Part shown: positions 11,698 through 25,344 of the stretch, one piece after another
How the letters are laid out: each line of letters begins with the position of its first letter
How positions within the stretch are numbered: the first letter of the stretch is position 1
Assembly: GCF_006345805.1 (NCBI RefSeq)
Contig: NC_043008.1
Span: forward strand, 1,550,001-1,614,000
Length of the DNA: 64,000 nt
Direction of reading: 5' to 3'
DNA from: Octopus sinensis
Lineage: Eukaryota
Position numbers and translations under genes: made by a program
Notes under the pieces: model-generated
The model's database searches: none
Told to the model about the DNA's origin: nothing
The model's input: only the letters and a program-made list of their open reading frames with translations

Positions 11698-13096
11698 CTC
11701 AAGAAAATGTATATTACAATGCAAGCTCCAACATTGTGTAAAATAAATATGTGTAGTTCGACAGGTAGTAAGATAGACGATATTTAATCCCAACTCTGAT
11801 TTAAAATTCAACTAAAGTTTACGTTAACCTCACATGTTTGAGTGTGACGAAAATGATCAATACAGTGACGTTGTATAATAAAGAATGTAGAGTAAGTTGA
11901 TTTCAATATGCTGAATGTCATTACACTGAATTTTATTTAGATTATTTTCAAGTAAGCTGACAATATCAAGTGTGGACTATGACGATTAGATATAATATTC
12001 ATAAATTCCAGATTAATTTTGAACATGACAATTGCTTAAGATTGCTTTACTTTAAAAGAAGAAATTTAATACATAATCAAATTTAAGTACATGAAATTTA
12101 GTCAATAGAAAAATGTTTGCAGTTTACGCATTTTCTACTGAAATTATTGATTTCATTCCCGAAATTGCTTGCATAAAAGTCTTTAATTTTTACGTATAGG
12201 TAAAGATCTATAAGTGGCTACATATTAATTTCAAATTGATATAGAATAATAGTTTTTAACTCATTTATATTTGGTGCTTTGCTGTCTTTCTGAACACGAT
12301 ATTAAGAACTGTATGTGATAAGTAGTGCTTGTTGGTTATCCTCGAATACTTTGAGAAAAACATTTAATTTGCAATCTAAATAACGCGTCGTATCAGTAAT
12401 TTACGAGTTCATAATATTTGATGTGAATTATGTTTGTATAAAACCAAGAACCGTACAACGTATGCTATTGAAGTTGCTGATATTCACATAAAATATTCCT
12501 ATTTAATTGCAGATGGATTGATGGAATAACATAATTATAGAAACACAAAAAGATATCTGCAAAATAAATGCACATACCATCTTTCCGATAATCTAAGAAA
12601 TATCATGCACTCACGTTCCAAACATTTCAATGCAGATTAATAGAAATTTATAGCATATTCCTGCAATGTTATGCAAATCAATGTTAATATCAATAACTGC
12701 AAAAACTGAAAATTACATCTATCATTTCAAGAGAAAACCATTTAATAATTTACGAGAGAAGCACAAATCATATTTTATCATGCATATAATAGAAACCAAA
12801 TGTTATGGTCGTGCTTTCTATAATATCCACCTCGAGAAAATATCAAGGCTGACATTTGCAATTGAATATTAGGTTTATATCTATAGCGATATAATGAAGT
12901 GACTTTTAAAATCTTGTTGCCGTTTGCAGGTTTTACATATAGAGGTCACAACTACGTTGTACAGCTACAGAATATAATATATTCAGTCACACTACAACAG
13001 CTCATATATTCAAGGTTTTCTTGCATCTAGATGTGTATATGACACGATATGATAACCATAGTGTATATTATAGGCCAAGAGATTTCGGGCTAATTA

Positions 13097-14214
13097 CAGT
13101 ATCGTGTAAAAGTCTTCGGCCAATTTAAACTATTGTAATTTTCTACTAATTGCCAACTTATAAGTGGACGCTACGCATCGCGTTTTTACGGATGAAACAT
13201 TGGCCCTTATGGAATAATTTCGGCCACCTCACATCAACCAATCATGATACAGTATTTTAAAACAGAAAAAAATGTCTATACTGCAAATTAATTACATAAT
13301 CTTCATTTCAAGAAGTTACTGTACTTTGTTAATATTTCGTGTGGCTTACCTTAGCTTGTAAAATTGCTTCAGTGTGCCTGAGAGATGATGCGTACAAATC
13401 CTTTACTATCTTCGCAGGTATGAGATTCCATTCTCTGTGGCTGAAGTCCCACAAGTCTTCAAGTTTATATGGATTCTTCTGACGAACTCGTTTTTTACGT
13501 GTGTCCACATTTGCTCTTAGCAAACATAAATCATGGCTCTAAGCCGGCCAACCTATTAATATGGTAACACCTTCATCAAAGAGACTCTGTTGTGTTGCTC
13601 GAGATCTGTGGTATATAGCTCCATCATGCTAAAAGATCTCACCTTCATCCAAGTCTGGTATCATATTGTCCTTAAGCAACTGGATGTATTTAGCACTATT
13701 CAACTTTCCTCAGCCATCACTTTTTATGTATCCCCAAATCCGTATCATACTCTTAACCCCAAATTTCACTGTTTTCGCTTTCCTTGAGGCCCTAACACAA
13801 ATTCTCTCTTATTAGAAAGCGAAACGACCCACGTTACACGAGAAAAACCGTGAAGCTTCGAGGTAAGAGTCTGATGTACAGCAGCTTCAGAAGATGAACA
13901 TTATGTAATAAATTTTCATTATAGACATTTTTCTGTTTTAAAACAATGTATCTTGATTAGTTTATATGATATGGTCGAATACGTTTGCACGGTCATTTTT
14001 GGTTGTCATCTCGTATCTCTTTCTCTCTCTCTATCTCTCTCTCTCTTTCATTCAGAACCATTACTACAAAATGTAATGATTAGGTATGGAAATGATTCCA
14101 ACGGAGCCAATATTTCACCTGTAAAAAAACGCAATGGGAAAACCCAGTTATAAGTTGGCAATTAGTAGAAATTTACAATAGTTTAAATTGGCCGAAGACT
14201 TTTGCACGGTACTG
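13097..14214 (-). mobile_element. Internally deleted Tc1-like DNA transposon with long TIRs
   Basis: Outer TIRs 13097-13163 and 14148-14214 (67 bp, 3 mismatches, start CAGT). Left flank TA, right flank CA. Inner inverted homology continues to ~13281 and ~13920. Confidence 0.92.
13329..13790 (-). pseudogene. Tc1-family DDE transposase C-terminal remnant
   Basis: Frame-broken translation ...KLNSAKYIQLLKDNM...IF*HDGAIYHRS...WPA*SHDL...REWNLIPAKIVKDLYAS...AILQAKVSHTKY* resembles the Tc1 QQDNA..H, WP.QSPDLN and AKGG.TKY motifs. Confidence 0.85.
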
Positions 14215-15380
14215 CAAATAGCGTTTTAAGATACAATTTAAAAGAAATTAATTACTCGTATTAAAAATAGTGGTTGGTTTATGTTTATATTCCGAACAGG
14301 ATTCTAAGTACTAAATGGTATTAAAGTTGCGTTATTATAAATATTAGAATTCAAAGTCTGCAAGCATATACATCTAAAGAGATTAGGATTAATCTCATAC
14401 TTCTTCGAAAAATTTGTATTTCTATCAAAATAAATTACAAAGGGCGACCTATGTCTTATTAAGGAAAACTAATAAACTACTTATCAAATAGGTACACTCT
14501 TCTAACTAACAGTTCGAAATATATTTCTATTATTTGACGTTGATAAATTTCGAACATAAAGTCATTGTATGCATAATGTTCATACATGTATAGGTTACGG
14601 TGAAGACCTCTAACAAGTCCCTCAGTTCACCGCCACAACAGCATTGATCTCAGAGAGATTAAGATTCAAATCTCAGCGTTATTTTATCAGGCGCTCTCAA
14701 GTGTAATTGTGGTACCTGTATATATCATATATATACATATGTGCGCGTGTGCTTGTGTTTGTGCGTGCGTGTGTGTGTGTATGTGTGTAAATATATGATA
14801 TATATACCGGTATAAAATTAAGAGAAGAAAATGGAGAGTTAGTGGATGATTTTTTTTATAAATTGAAAATATTTACAGAAAAAAAAGAAAGAGGAGAGAG
14901 AGGTGGGGAGAGAATTTCTTCTCAGTGAACGCCGAAACCCTTGTCTGACGAAACTCGATAAATTTCTATATACTTTCTAAGTCTATGTATAATGGATTTA
15001 TACAACTAAAACACATACGAATTCAATAGCGATAAAATATCTTAGGTTCTTTGTCTGCAACTGATCAACGATAAAATGTTCGAGGAGCTGTAGCCATATT
15101 TCAGATAAGTTTCTTCATTTGCAGAATTCTGCATTGATCGAATGCTTTCCCACCCGTCGTAATTTTACTTCATTTATGTCGACAATATCGCTAATGTCCT
15201 TTCCAAATTGATAAAAATCACTTTATTCGACCAATACTTTACGTCTATGTGAAAATTAATGTATTAGCTCAAATACATGTGTGCACAAAATATAATATCC
15301 TATTAACCGCATTATAAACGATGTTACCATATTTCGTATCGCCTAACAAGTTTAATGTTTGTATATTTTAAAGAAGATAT

Positions 15381-15610
15381 GGAGGCGCAATGGCCCAGTG
15401 GTTAGGGCAGCGGACTTGCGGTCGTAGGATCTTGGTTTCGATTCCCAGACCGGGCGTTGTGTGTGTTTATTGAGCGAAAACACCTAAAAGCTCCATGAGG
15501 CTCCGGCAGGGGATGGTGGTGATCCCTGCTGTACTCTTTCACCACTCTAAAGGCGGTGCTCCAGCATGGCCGCAGTCAAATGACTGAAACAAGTACAAAA
15601 AAAAAAAAAA
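15381..15610 (+). mobile_element. tRNA-derived SINE (head type 2, short tail aaggcggtgctccagcatggcc)
   Basis: ggaggcgcaatggcccagtggttagggcagcgg...ggtttcgattcccagacc; poly-A end; homologous to 26449-26660. Confidence 0.9.
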
Positions 15611-17049
15611 ATATTACATAGCTAAACATTTTACGATCTATGACCTTCATAGACCATAATAGTTTTTTTTTTTTAAATATATAATACCTTGTAATACTTA
15701 TAATCGCTATTCCTTCTGTAAGAAAGCTCAATAAAATACCTCTTATATTGTAACACCATCAAACAATTAAATATAATTTCAAAAGATTTCCTTCTTTTAT
15801 ATTATTTCAGTAATGAACATACGCCTACATGTTAATTTTGAAATCTTAATGTACCTCGAGGTATAAACCTTTGATATATACATTGTCGGAGCATAATTTT
15901 CTTTATTTTTCTTTAAAACCATAAAACCTTTCTAAAGTAACAAGTAAATTTAGGATAATCCGGTGAGTTGTTCAAGCATTAGGTACTGTATATAAATGAG
16001 CCTCATTTTCCCGTTTGATCTAACGAAGCGATTCAGCAACAATTTCCATTAGACGCAGCTAAAAGACGGCAATTTAAAATAGTGATGTGATCGATGATCA
16101 GTTTGGCCAGTTAAGAAACTCCAGTTAATAACATGCTTAGATCCTGAACAACCAGGTCACCAAAATAGTACAGTTTGATATGATAATAAAACAGCCTGTC
16201 ACATATAGCATTTCGCATCAACCTTTCATGACATTATCTCTATAATTTTATCATTTCTTATAATTTCCATTATGAGAAGTCAAATCATACGTAAGAAGAT
16301 AAAAGGAGAACTTTGTGAGAGATACCTGCTAATGAAAAGCGCTAAAATGATTTTGACAGTTAATCACCCAGTGTGGATAAACTGAATTTAGGGAGATATA
16401 TTTATTCGTCTTTTATGCTGTATCTGTCATGGAAACGGCCGAGAGATGTTATAGTTCAATCAGCTTATATCTATTGACAAAATACTTTATCGATTACGGC
16501 TTAAATTGATATTATTTTTCATATTAGCAATGTCAATAATATGCTACTCATTTAGAAATAGCTCATGATATATATTAAGTGAAGAACACGCTTTAAACAA
16601 TAATTCTATTTTTTGCTAATTAATTCATTTGAAAAAGCATTAAAGCATAAATTTCCTTCAAGACACATGATTTCATATTACACAAAAATGGAGAGAGAGA
16701 GGGGAAGAGGGAGAGAGAAGAAGGCAATTATACAGATAAACAAATTAGACCAATCAAATATATTAAATACATTAAATTGAAAATATTTATACCTGCAAAA
16801 CGAAAGGAAAAATTGGAAACTTCCAGATGATGAATTTTTCTGTATAAATATATTTATATTAGTAGGTCAAACGCACACAGGTTACAAACGCCAAAGAAAA
16901 TTAAGGCGGTGGAAATAAGGTAAAACAAGTCCCACAGCTGATTCTGAGAGGTCGGCAATCCCTAATAATGTTGGTAGATTTTGTTCATCACAATATGCGG
17001 CCGTATAGATGCAATTATCACTGGATGAAATGAGCCTCCTTCATCAGCA

Positions 17050-17524
17050 TTAAGAAGATCTTATATTTCAGACGTTAATCTTCAGGGATAATGCACTGAA
17101 CCGAACAGTAACTAATCTGAACATCCTCTGTTAACTCACATATGGTGATCCAACGATTTCCTGTGAAAGCTGTACAACCATCTGCGATGTCTTTTTCCGT
17201 TTCTGCTGGATATATTTTTGGCTATATTGGAAACTTCTAAACCACTTGTACAATTGGATGCTGCTCATACACTCCTCTCCATACACTTTCTGCCACTTTG
17301 CCTAGGCATTTGTGCAGGTATTGGCATGAAAAGTTTTTCTCTCTTGGCCAATTCGACAATCACAAACTATACACCTTCTTTCCGAGCACTGCTGTAAGCA
17401 GCGTGAGTCAGCTAAAACGTTAAAACTTCATGCGCATGCACAGCAGAGTTGAAGGCCAGTTTTTGCCGACAGTTTTCACTTTCTTACTATGTTAACAGTC
17501 CGAATATTGACTAATCAGATATCG
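17050..17524 (-). mobile_element. Mariner-like transposon 5' fragment (TIR + decayed HTH region)
   Basis: Minus strand starts TA|cgatatctgattagtcaatattcggactg (mariner-like TIR). Broken translation includes YGEECMSSIQLYKWF and RWITICELTEDVQISYCSVQCII. Confidence 0.7.
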
Positions 17525-17526
17525 TA

Positions 17527-17706
17527 TATGTATGTATACATGTATGTATGTATGTATGTATATATGTGTGTATGTGTGTATGTATGTATGTATGTATGTA
17601 TGTATGTATGTATGTATGTATGTATGTATGTATGTATGTATGTATGTATGTATGTATGTATGTATGTATGTATGTATGTATGTATGTATGTATGTATGTA
17701 TGTATG
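17527..17706. repeat. (TATG)n tetranucleotide microsatellite
   Basis: Long near-perfect array directly abutting the mariner TA. Confidence 0.98.
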
Positions 17707-17978
17707 TGTGTGTATATGTTGTAATCCGTAGAATAGTAGAATAAGTATGGAATAACATGGCTTACAGAAGATGAAAACCGGTACCTGAATTACTGAACTC
17801 TGAAATAATATGAAATAAAAACCTTCAAACGTGATAAATAGATAGGAATCTGTAATGAACCTTTTGTAAATTTAGAAGCGTATAATTATTTATTAAAGTG
17901 AGAAAATGGCAGAAAATTAATTTCTCTTAATTTTTTTTCAAATATATAATACCGACATGATGATTTTATACTCTATTC

Positions 17979-18016
<38 letters not shown>

Positions 18017-19809
18017 ACACACACACACGCACATATATATATATATATGCAAAGACAAAAGAAAGATAGAGGCGCATAGAGAAACCGACAGATAATTAGA
18101 TAGATAGAGTTACATAGATAGATAGAATGATTAATAGATAAAAACATTCGAAAAATAATGAATGAGTAAGATGATGATATACGCATTAATATATAGTCAC
18201 ATGTTTTTTGTGATATGTAGCGCTGTACGTGTAGTACTAAAATAACATTCGCTTTGTATGGCTAATAAAGTGAATGTCATGATCTGCTCGGTAATCACCA
18301 CATAATTTGTTAATGCTTAATGTGTGTTCCATATATCCGTGTCTATGTATCTGTAAAGCAAATATACATCGACTGCAACAAATCGTAAACAATGAGGAAT
18401 TACAAGCTAAAGATGGGATATATGAATATAAAAAATCAAAAACAAATACCAAAATGTAGGGAAAGAAATAATTAACTTTCCACAATGCAATTTGCGCACA
18501 GCTATAACTCGAAAAATTGTAATTTAGTGGGACAGCTTGAGTAAAAATTAAAATTTTGCGAGAACAATAGACGAAATGAAACCTTAGAACGAAAAAGATT
18601 TGTATTTTAATTCAAAAGCAGAAGAATATTAAAATTTATGATGACAGCAACAAAGAGCTAAAAGAAAAACAATGAGTATAGGAAATATTCCTACTAATCT
18701 TAAATGCATTTGACAATGTTATCCAAAAGTAAATTTATGACTAAATAAGAGCACTGTTGTATTAAGTGTAAAATATAAAATTTACACATATATTTGGATA
18801 ATCAAATGACTGACTCATTCAGTATTTCCTGAGATACGCGTATTAGAGTGAACAGTAACACCTTATGGTAGATGCTTCAGTAGAAATTCAAAATCTCACA
18901 TACCGAAACATATATACATGAATATACACATATATACTATATGTTGATGTGTGTGAGTCTGCTATGCTACTCCGTGTCTATATGGAGACAAATATAGAGA
19001 GAAAAACAGATAGGCAGATAGAGAGATAGATAGATATATAGATAGATAAATAAATAAATAGATATAAAATAGAATCATAGACACAGACAGTCTGGCAGAT
19101 AGATGGAGAAAGAGCGAGAGAGTGAGTGAGAGAGAGAGTGAGTGAGTGAGAGAGAGAGAGAGAGAGAGAGACATTAAAATGTGTTCTGATATATCGTATT
19201 TGTTCAGAAAAAGGATTTTTGGTTTAAGTTCGTCCAATATGTGACCCGTTAAAATAGTTTCAGAAGCTTTTTATAGAAATATTAGATTCCAAAGGGAAGT
19301 CAACATTTTATATGCAACAGTTGGCATGCGAACGTCTACTCAAGAATTACTTAACACGATAAAGAAGTGTTAGGTAGTTCTTGAATGAAGGAGCACCCTA
19401 TACGAGACTGTTTGATACGGGAATACATTTTCCAATTGTCTAACTGAACAAGCTGTTTGGCAATATTTCATTTCACTGAGAAGTTTGCTGAATGCGTTTG
19501 ATTTGTTTTTAATCGTTACGCAAGAATTTACTTAGTTCCATTTGGCAGATATCTTTTGAAATCCCTGCAACATTTTATATTGAGAAAACAGTTTATTAAT
19601 TGTAAACTGGAAAAAAATAGTTTCCCGCATTTGATTCTTTCAGAGTGTGTCTTCCAAATTCACTCATAAGACTTTGGATGTCCCGTGATCATAGGAAAAG
19701 AAACTTTTACCAGATACCACGTAAAGAAACTAAACACGAGATTATGTAATTGAGAAGCAACAGTTGTACCACTCAGTCATTTCTACGCCTATGCATACGT
19801 GTGAGTGTG

Positions 19810-19848
<39 letters not shown>

Positions 19849-19857
19849 TTGTGTACT

Positions 19858-19892
<35 letters not shown>

Positions 19893-19900
<8 letters not shown>

Positions 19901-20182
19901 ATTAGGGCTTAGTAAAATAAATTACTTTGCCACATACTGAACTTAGTAGAAATAGCAGCCAAAAAAAAAATTTTCTTAGCATTTCTACTACTTAAAGAAA
20001 ATTTCTTTCAGATAATGTTTACTCCAGACAGCTCACGAAGGTTTGGGGGTAAATACAGAAAAATATCACAAGTACATAGATCGTTTGAGTACGTCAACGT
20101 TTCAAGATTAGCCAAATAAAATCAGCATTTCTTTCGTCAGCTCAAAATTTCTTAATTTGGATTTGGAAACACTAAAAAGAAG
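19893..20182 (-). mobile_element. Family B HHR-bearing repeat, partial single copy
   Basis: attatataattagggcttagtaaaataaattactttgccacatactgaac... matches 5200 and 25566; flanked by (TA)n on both sides. Confidence 0.9.
20084..20146 (-). ncRNA. Type I hammerhead ribozyme motif, best-formed family B copy
   Basis: UUUGAG CUGACGA AAGA-AAU-GCUGA-loop-UUGGC-UAA-UCUU GAAA CGUUGACG UA CUCAAA. Stem I is 6 bp, the core is intact, and the triplet is GUA. Confidence 0.82.
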
Positions 20183-20238
20183 GAATTTTACCTATCAGCG
20201 AACTTGTCGCTGATATATATATATATATTTAATTATTT

Positions 20239-20304
<66 letters not shown>

Positions 20305-20456
20305 ATTATGTAGATCTATATTTATATACATACAGATACGCAGACCCCCCCCCACACAGACACACACACAAACGCCAACACACATGTACACAAGCAATCA
20401 CACACACATGCACACACACACAAACACGCACATATATACATATATAGATACATGCA

Positions 20457-20613
20457 ACGGACTTCTTTCAGTTTCCGTCTAGCAAATCCTGTCACAAGGC
20501 TTTGGTCGGCCCGAGGCTATAGAAGAAGACACTTGCCCAAGGTGTCGTGCAATGGGACTGAAACCGGAACCATGTGGTTGGTAAGCAAGCTACTTACCAC
20601 ACAGCCATTCCTG
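20457..20613 (-). mobile_element. tRNA-derived SINE type 3 (microsatellite-containing family), head portion
   Basis: Minus head ggctgtgtggtaagtagcttgcttaccaaccacatggttccggtttcagtccc; nearly identical to 22870-23032. Confidence 0.9.
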
Positions 20614-21853
20614 ATTAACATTTGTAATTGTCTCAGCCATTTAGCATAGGCTTTTCCTTTGTTTATATGGTCCTCTTGAAGACAATCGATATAAATGATT
20701 TTCGTATTCCAAAATAAACCAAAAAACCTGAGGCAATCACCTTCCTTGAAGATAAAGTGAGCTTGATCTACTTTGGAGTGAGTGGGGAGAGGTATCCACC
20801 GTATCGACTGTCGCTTTGCGAGATCACTGTAATGAATCCAACACTTATATTGAATTAGGAAACGTTCAGAAGACCAGCTGGATCTGCATCAAGTAATGTC
20901 AGATTTTCCAGCAGAGTTATTGACTGATCGAAAGAACAATGCTGTTATTAATAAGTGGAAGGACAGGCAATATTTAGTTGTTTAGTGCCTATAGCTAAGG
21001 AGGTAGTATGATGTACCCGTTCGAAAGGGCTAGACAGATATTTTTTTTTCTGTGGCCAAGCCCTCAGTAACTTTTTCAGGTTTCACTTGGAAAGTAAGTT
21101 GAGGGTGGAGAGGGAAGTGTTGCCTTGTAGCAAGTTTGTTGAAAGATGGGTGAATGTTGGAAGAATGGCCAGTGTGAAAGGACCAATTCTGAGCGTCCAA
21201 CTTTGGAAAAAATTAAAGAATACGGTATCTTGCCTTGTTGACCACATATCCGTGACTTTTCTGGGGTTTTTCCACGAGGACCTCAAAGCGTCTCCCCTAT
21301 TGGCAAGTTTTAATTTGTTTAATTTTTTTTTATTATTTATATTGTTTACACGCAGAAAACCTACTGCATTGTTCCGCTTTTGTCTTTTATGTTGTTGTAT
21401 GTCATTTAATGTTATTTTATGTGAGCCCTTGTGGCTAAAATAAAGAATAAGTTATTAATAAAGGAGTTGGAATTAATCCATTAAAATTTCACAGCTGTAG
21501 TACAATTTCCTGATTATCAGCAAGAGAAGATTTTAGTCCACTCTCGCGCATCGATTTCCATCTAGAAAAGAAAAATCCCTCGTTAATAATTCATCAGATG
21601 GAAAATTGAAAATTGAAATAATAAGAACTCACTTAGGATTTAGCTACCTATGCTCGCGCGCGCGTACAATATTCTCACGTGGCTTTCGTAATAACTATTT
21701 TCCTGGCTTTTTATTTCTTTCTGTCGCAGAGAACAAAAGTACCTTTGAACTCCGAACGCTAAAGTATAGCAATAATATCCAAGTGCTCGTTTACTTATGC
21801 GGGTATGTATGTGTGCATATGGAATTCATGTACAAGCATATGCGCGTCTATGT

Positions 21854-21940
<87 letters not shown>

Positions 21941-21991
21941 GCCTGTATGTATAAACGTGCGCGTTTATATACACATATGCACTGATGTATT

Positions 21992-22030
<39 letters not shown>

Positions 22031-22550
22031 GTATGTATATATGTATATATGATGTTATCACGCACACTGATTATGTTTGCGTGCATCTTAGTGTACATGT
22101 GTATGTATGAATCTGTGTGTGTGAATCTGAGTGTGTGTGTGTGTGAGTATGTGTTTGTGTTTGTATGTGTGTGTTTGTGTTTATTGCTCTATCTTTTGGT
22201 GTTTGTCCAGTAATTGGTCTAAAGTTCGATCAACGAGGTAATATTCTATATGAATTAATGTATGTTAAGAGTTATTTTTTCCATTACACATTACACATAT
22301 ACTGATAACTTAATTGCAAGGTGGAAACTGTGTGACACTTCGTGACAAATCTGATTAACGAATTCTGCTTACGGATCATTTTACGGTCTTCTCAACAAAA
22401 TCCATGTTTCTTCAAAAAATATATAAATAAATAAGATTCCCATAGTCAAGTTTGGTTGTAGCTCAAGTATAACAGGAATGGTTTAGAAAATCGTCAGAAT
22501 CCACTGTCGTCATATCACTGACGACCATCTTCCAACTTGCTTCTTTTTTT

Positions 22551-22787
22551 TTACTCTTTTATTTGTTTCAGTCATTTGACTGTGGCCATGCTGGAGCACC
22601 ACCTTTAAACGTGCAAATCGACCCCAGGACTTAGTCTTTTAAGCCTAGTACTTATTATATCGCTAACTTTTCCGAACCGCTAAGTTACGGGGACGTAAGC
22701 ACAGACAAACAAACACACACAAACAAGCATATACATACAAACGTATACATACATACATACATACACACACACATATATACATACATA

Positions 22788-22856
<69 letters not shown>

Positions 22857-23032
22857 CATACATATTTACGACGGGCTTCTTTCAGTTTCCGTATACCAAA
22901 TCAACTCACAAGGCTTTGGTCGGCCCGAGGCTATAGTAGAAGACACTTGCCCAAGGTGCCGTGCAGTGGGACTGAACCTGGAACCATGTGGTTGGTAAGC
23001 AAGCTACTTACCACACAGCCACTCCTACGTCT
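22551..23032 (-). mobile_element. Full-length SINE type 3 with internal compound microsatellite
   Basis: Head 22870-23032, internal (CATA)/(TA) array, and tail ...gttcggaaaag...ggtgctccagcatggccacagtcaaatgactgaaacaaataaaagag. Confidence 0.9.
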
Positions 23033-24172
23033 ATGTATATGGATTGCATACATTGTAGTTGCATGCCCATAGGGTATATAATCTCTGTATCATTCACGTT
23101 TAATATCTTCACTCTTCCCAATACATTATATGGTCTTTTAAGCTCTCATCAAAAAGATATATATCGAAACTTTCAGTCCTTAGCTGATGGATGATTCACA
23201 TTAACATTATTCAATGATGTTCTTGCTTATAAATTCATCAACACTATTTTCTCAATGACACACACACACAAAGACACACATGTATATATGGTATAGTTTT
23301 GACAATCTTATCGTTACAAGTAAATCAAAATAAAATGACAGCTACATAGCTAAATATAAACAGCTAAACTCACACATGCATGTATTCATATACATGCTCA
23401 TATATATCATAAGTATCGCAAAGAAAGAAAATATGTAATAGTAGAAAATGTCACCGCAATTTTTTTTATGTTTGTGTGTGCGTGTGTGTGTGTGTGTGTG
23501 TAGGTGTCCTCACACTTGTGTTTGGGCAAATGTATGTAGATACAGCGTGTTTATATATGAGTTTGTTGTTGTTGGTGTTTGATGTAAATGTATGTATAAA
23601 ATATATTGTCTTCATGAGAACACGAATGAGAAGGAATTTACTCTTTGATAAGAATCGAAGTACGTTAAACCCGCAACATCATTCTGTTATCGTAGTTAAA
23701 ATATGTAAACCGTTGCATTTGTAGGGCATCGCGCATGAAATCGTACGAGACCAACTATAAACAAGCACCTTCCCTGCAGAGCTGCTCCGCAGGCAAGTGA
23801 CTTGGGGCTAGGCAGCAAACGAGATCAAAGTTAAGATGGCTGATGGTACCATCTCTCGCGCTGTACATGATTAACACAGAATAAGCAACACTGCGACACA
23901 CACTCATTTCTGTTTAGTTTTATATACAGCTTAACAAAATCTAAACATTCATATTTATTTAGATTCCAAGATAGCCTGAAACTAGCTTAACTGCTTGGAA
24001 TTTACACTCTGCCTTATATAATGCACTGCGTTGTACGGGCACACACATTCACGCATATATGCATTTACACTCGTATATATTCATGAACATATATATCATT
24101 CTCTCTCTCTCTCCCTCTGTACACACACACACACACATATATATATATACATATATATATATGATATATATA

Positions 24173-24204
<32 letters not shown>

Positions 24205-24205
24205 G

Positions 24206-24254
<49 letters not shown>

Positions 24255-25344
24255 GATCTGTATATGTACTCGCGTGTGTCTTGTATGCGTACAAGCAGAC
24301 AGGGGGACTACAAATAAGTTATATCGAAATGTAAATCAAATTTATCGGCGTGCAACTTTGCTAAATAGGAAATGACAGGTGCCAATGAAGAATTCATGAA
24401 ACAAGGACGAATCTCTGCATCATTTGCTTGTGACATGTTTCAGATTATAAAATGCTGCTTTACGTTGTGTATATGAATATAAGTATGTATGATTCTCAGT
24501 CCATGTGAAACTAAAATCAGATTTAGATTCAATCTAATTCAGGCAGAGTTGTCCTAAATATTACAAAATATAGCTCTTCTCTATCACGTATGCATGTGAC
24601 AACTTTATCAAATTATCTGCTGGTTTTCTTTCGTCATCGTTAATTAATGTTGTCATGTACATCACCCAATTCTAAATTCTGCTTGTAAAAATAAATATGT
24701 TATATTGAGATAACATTCGTTTTCAGAGATTGAGTTAAAATATCGCATGTAAAAGCACAGGGATTGTAGTAACTAAATGGACGTTTACAAAATAGAACGT
24801 CCTTAGAGGAAACCTAGATATATAGGCCTTCACTAATAGAACAAAGAAATCCGTAATTTTCCTGCACAAAACAAACCTATCTCACCACGCATCATGCAGA
24901 TAAACGGCAGCTATCCAAATTTTGTAATTATACGAATACGCAGAGTTCTAAATATTTACGTGCGTGTATGTTTGTAAGTGTGTGTATGGGTGTGTGTGTG
25001 CAGGTTTTTATTTGTGAGTGTGTGAGTGTGTCTTTGTTTATGTGAAATGATAGACGAGTATTGTGGATTTTATGCAGGACTCCTTTGCATTAAAAATTAT
25101 TCCATGCCGCGCATTATTTGCTCGAATTATAAATCGTTTCCTCTCTCGTTTTCTCTCTAACTCTCTCGCTCTCACTCTCTCTCTCTCTCTCTTTCTCTCT
25201 CTGACTCAATTTATAGATAGAAGCGCTTGATTTAGTAGTTAAGGTGCTGCAATCTCGAGTGCTAGATCAGGATTTCAAATCCTAAACTGAGTAGTACGTT
25301 GTGTTCTTGAGGAAAAATTTCATGATTATAAACAAATCATGTGT

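Noticed and set aside
14810-15030. Block with gaaaatggagag terminus and ctgacgaaactcg resembling a PLE end
   Set aside because: Too degenerate to fold an HHR or define arms; only short motif similarity to 6003 and 60130.
20700-21320. GC-richer block and 118-aa ORF 21087..21443 as a gene or LINE fragment
   Set aside because: No recognisable motifs in any frame and frequent stops; possibly a decayed retroelement but unassignable by eye.
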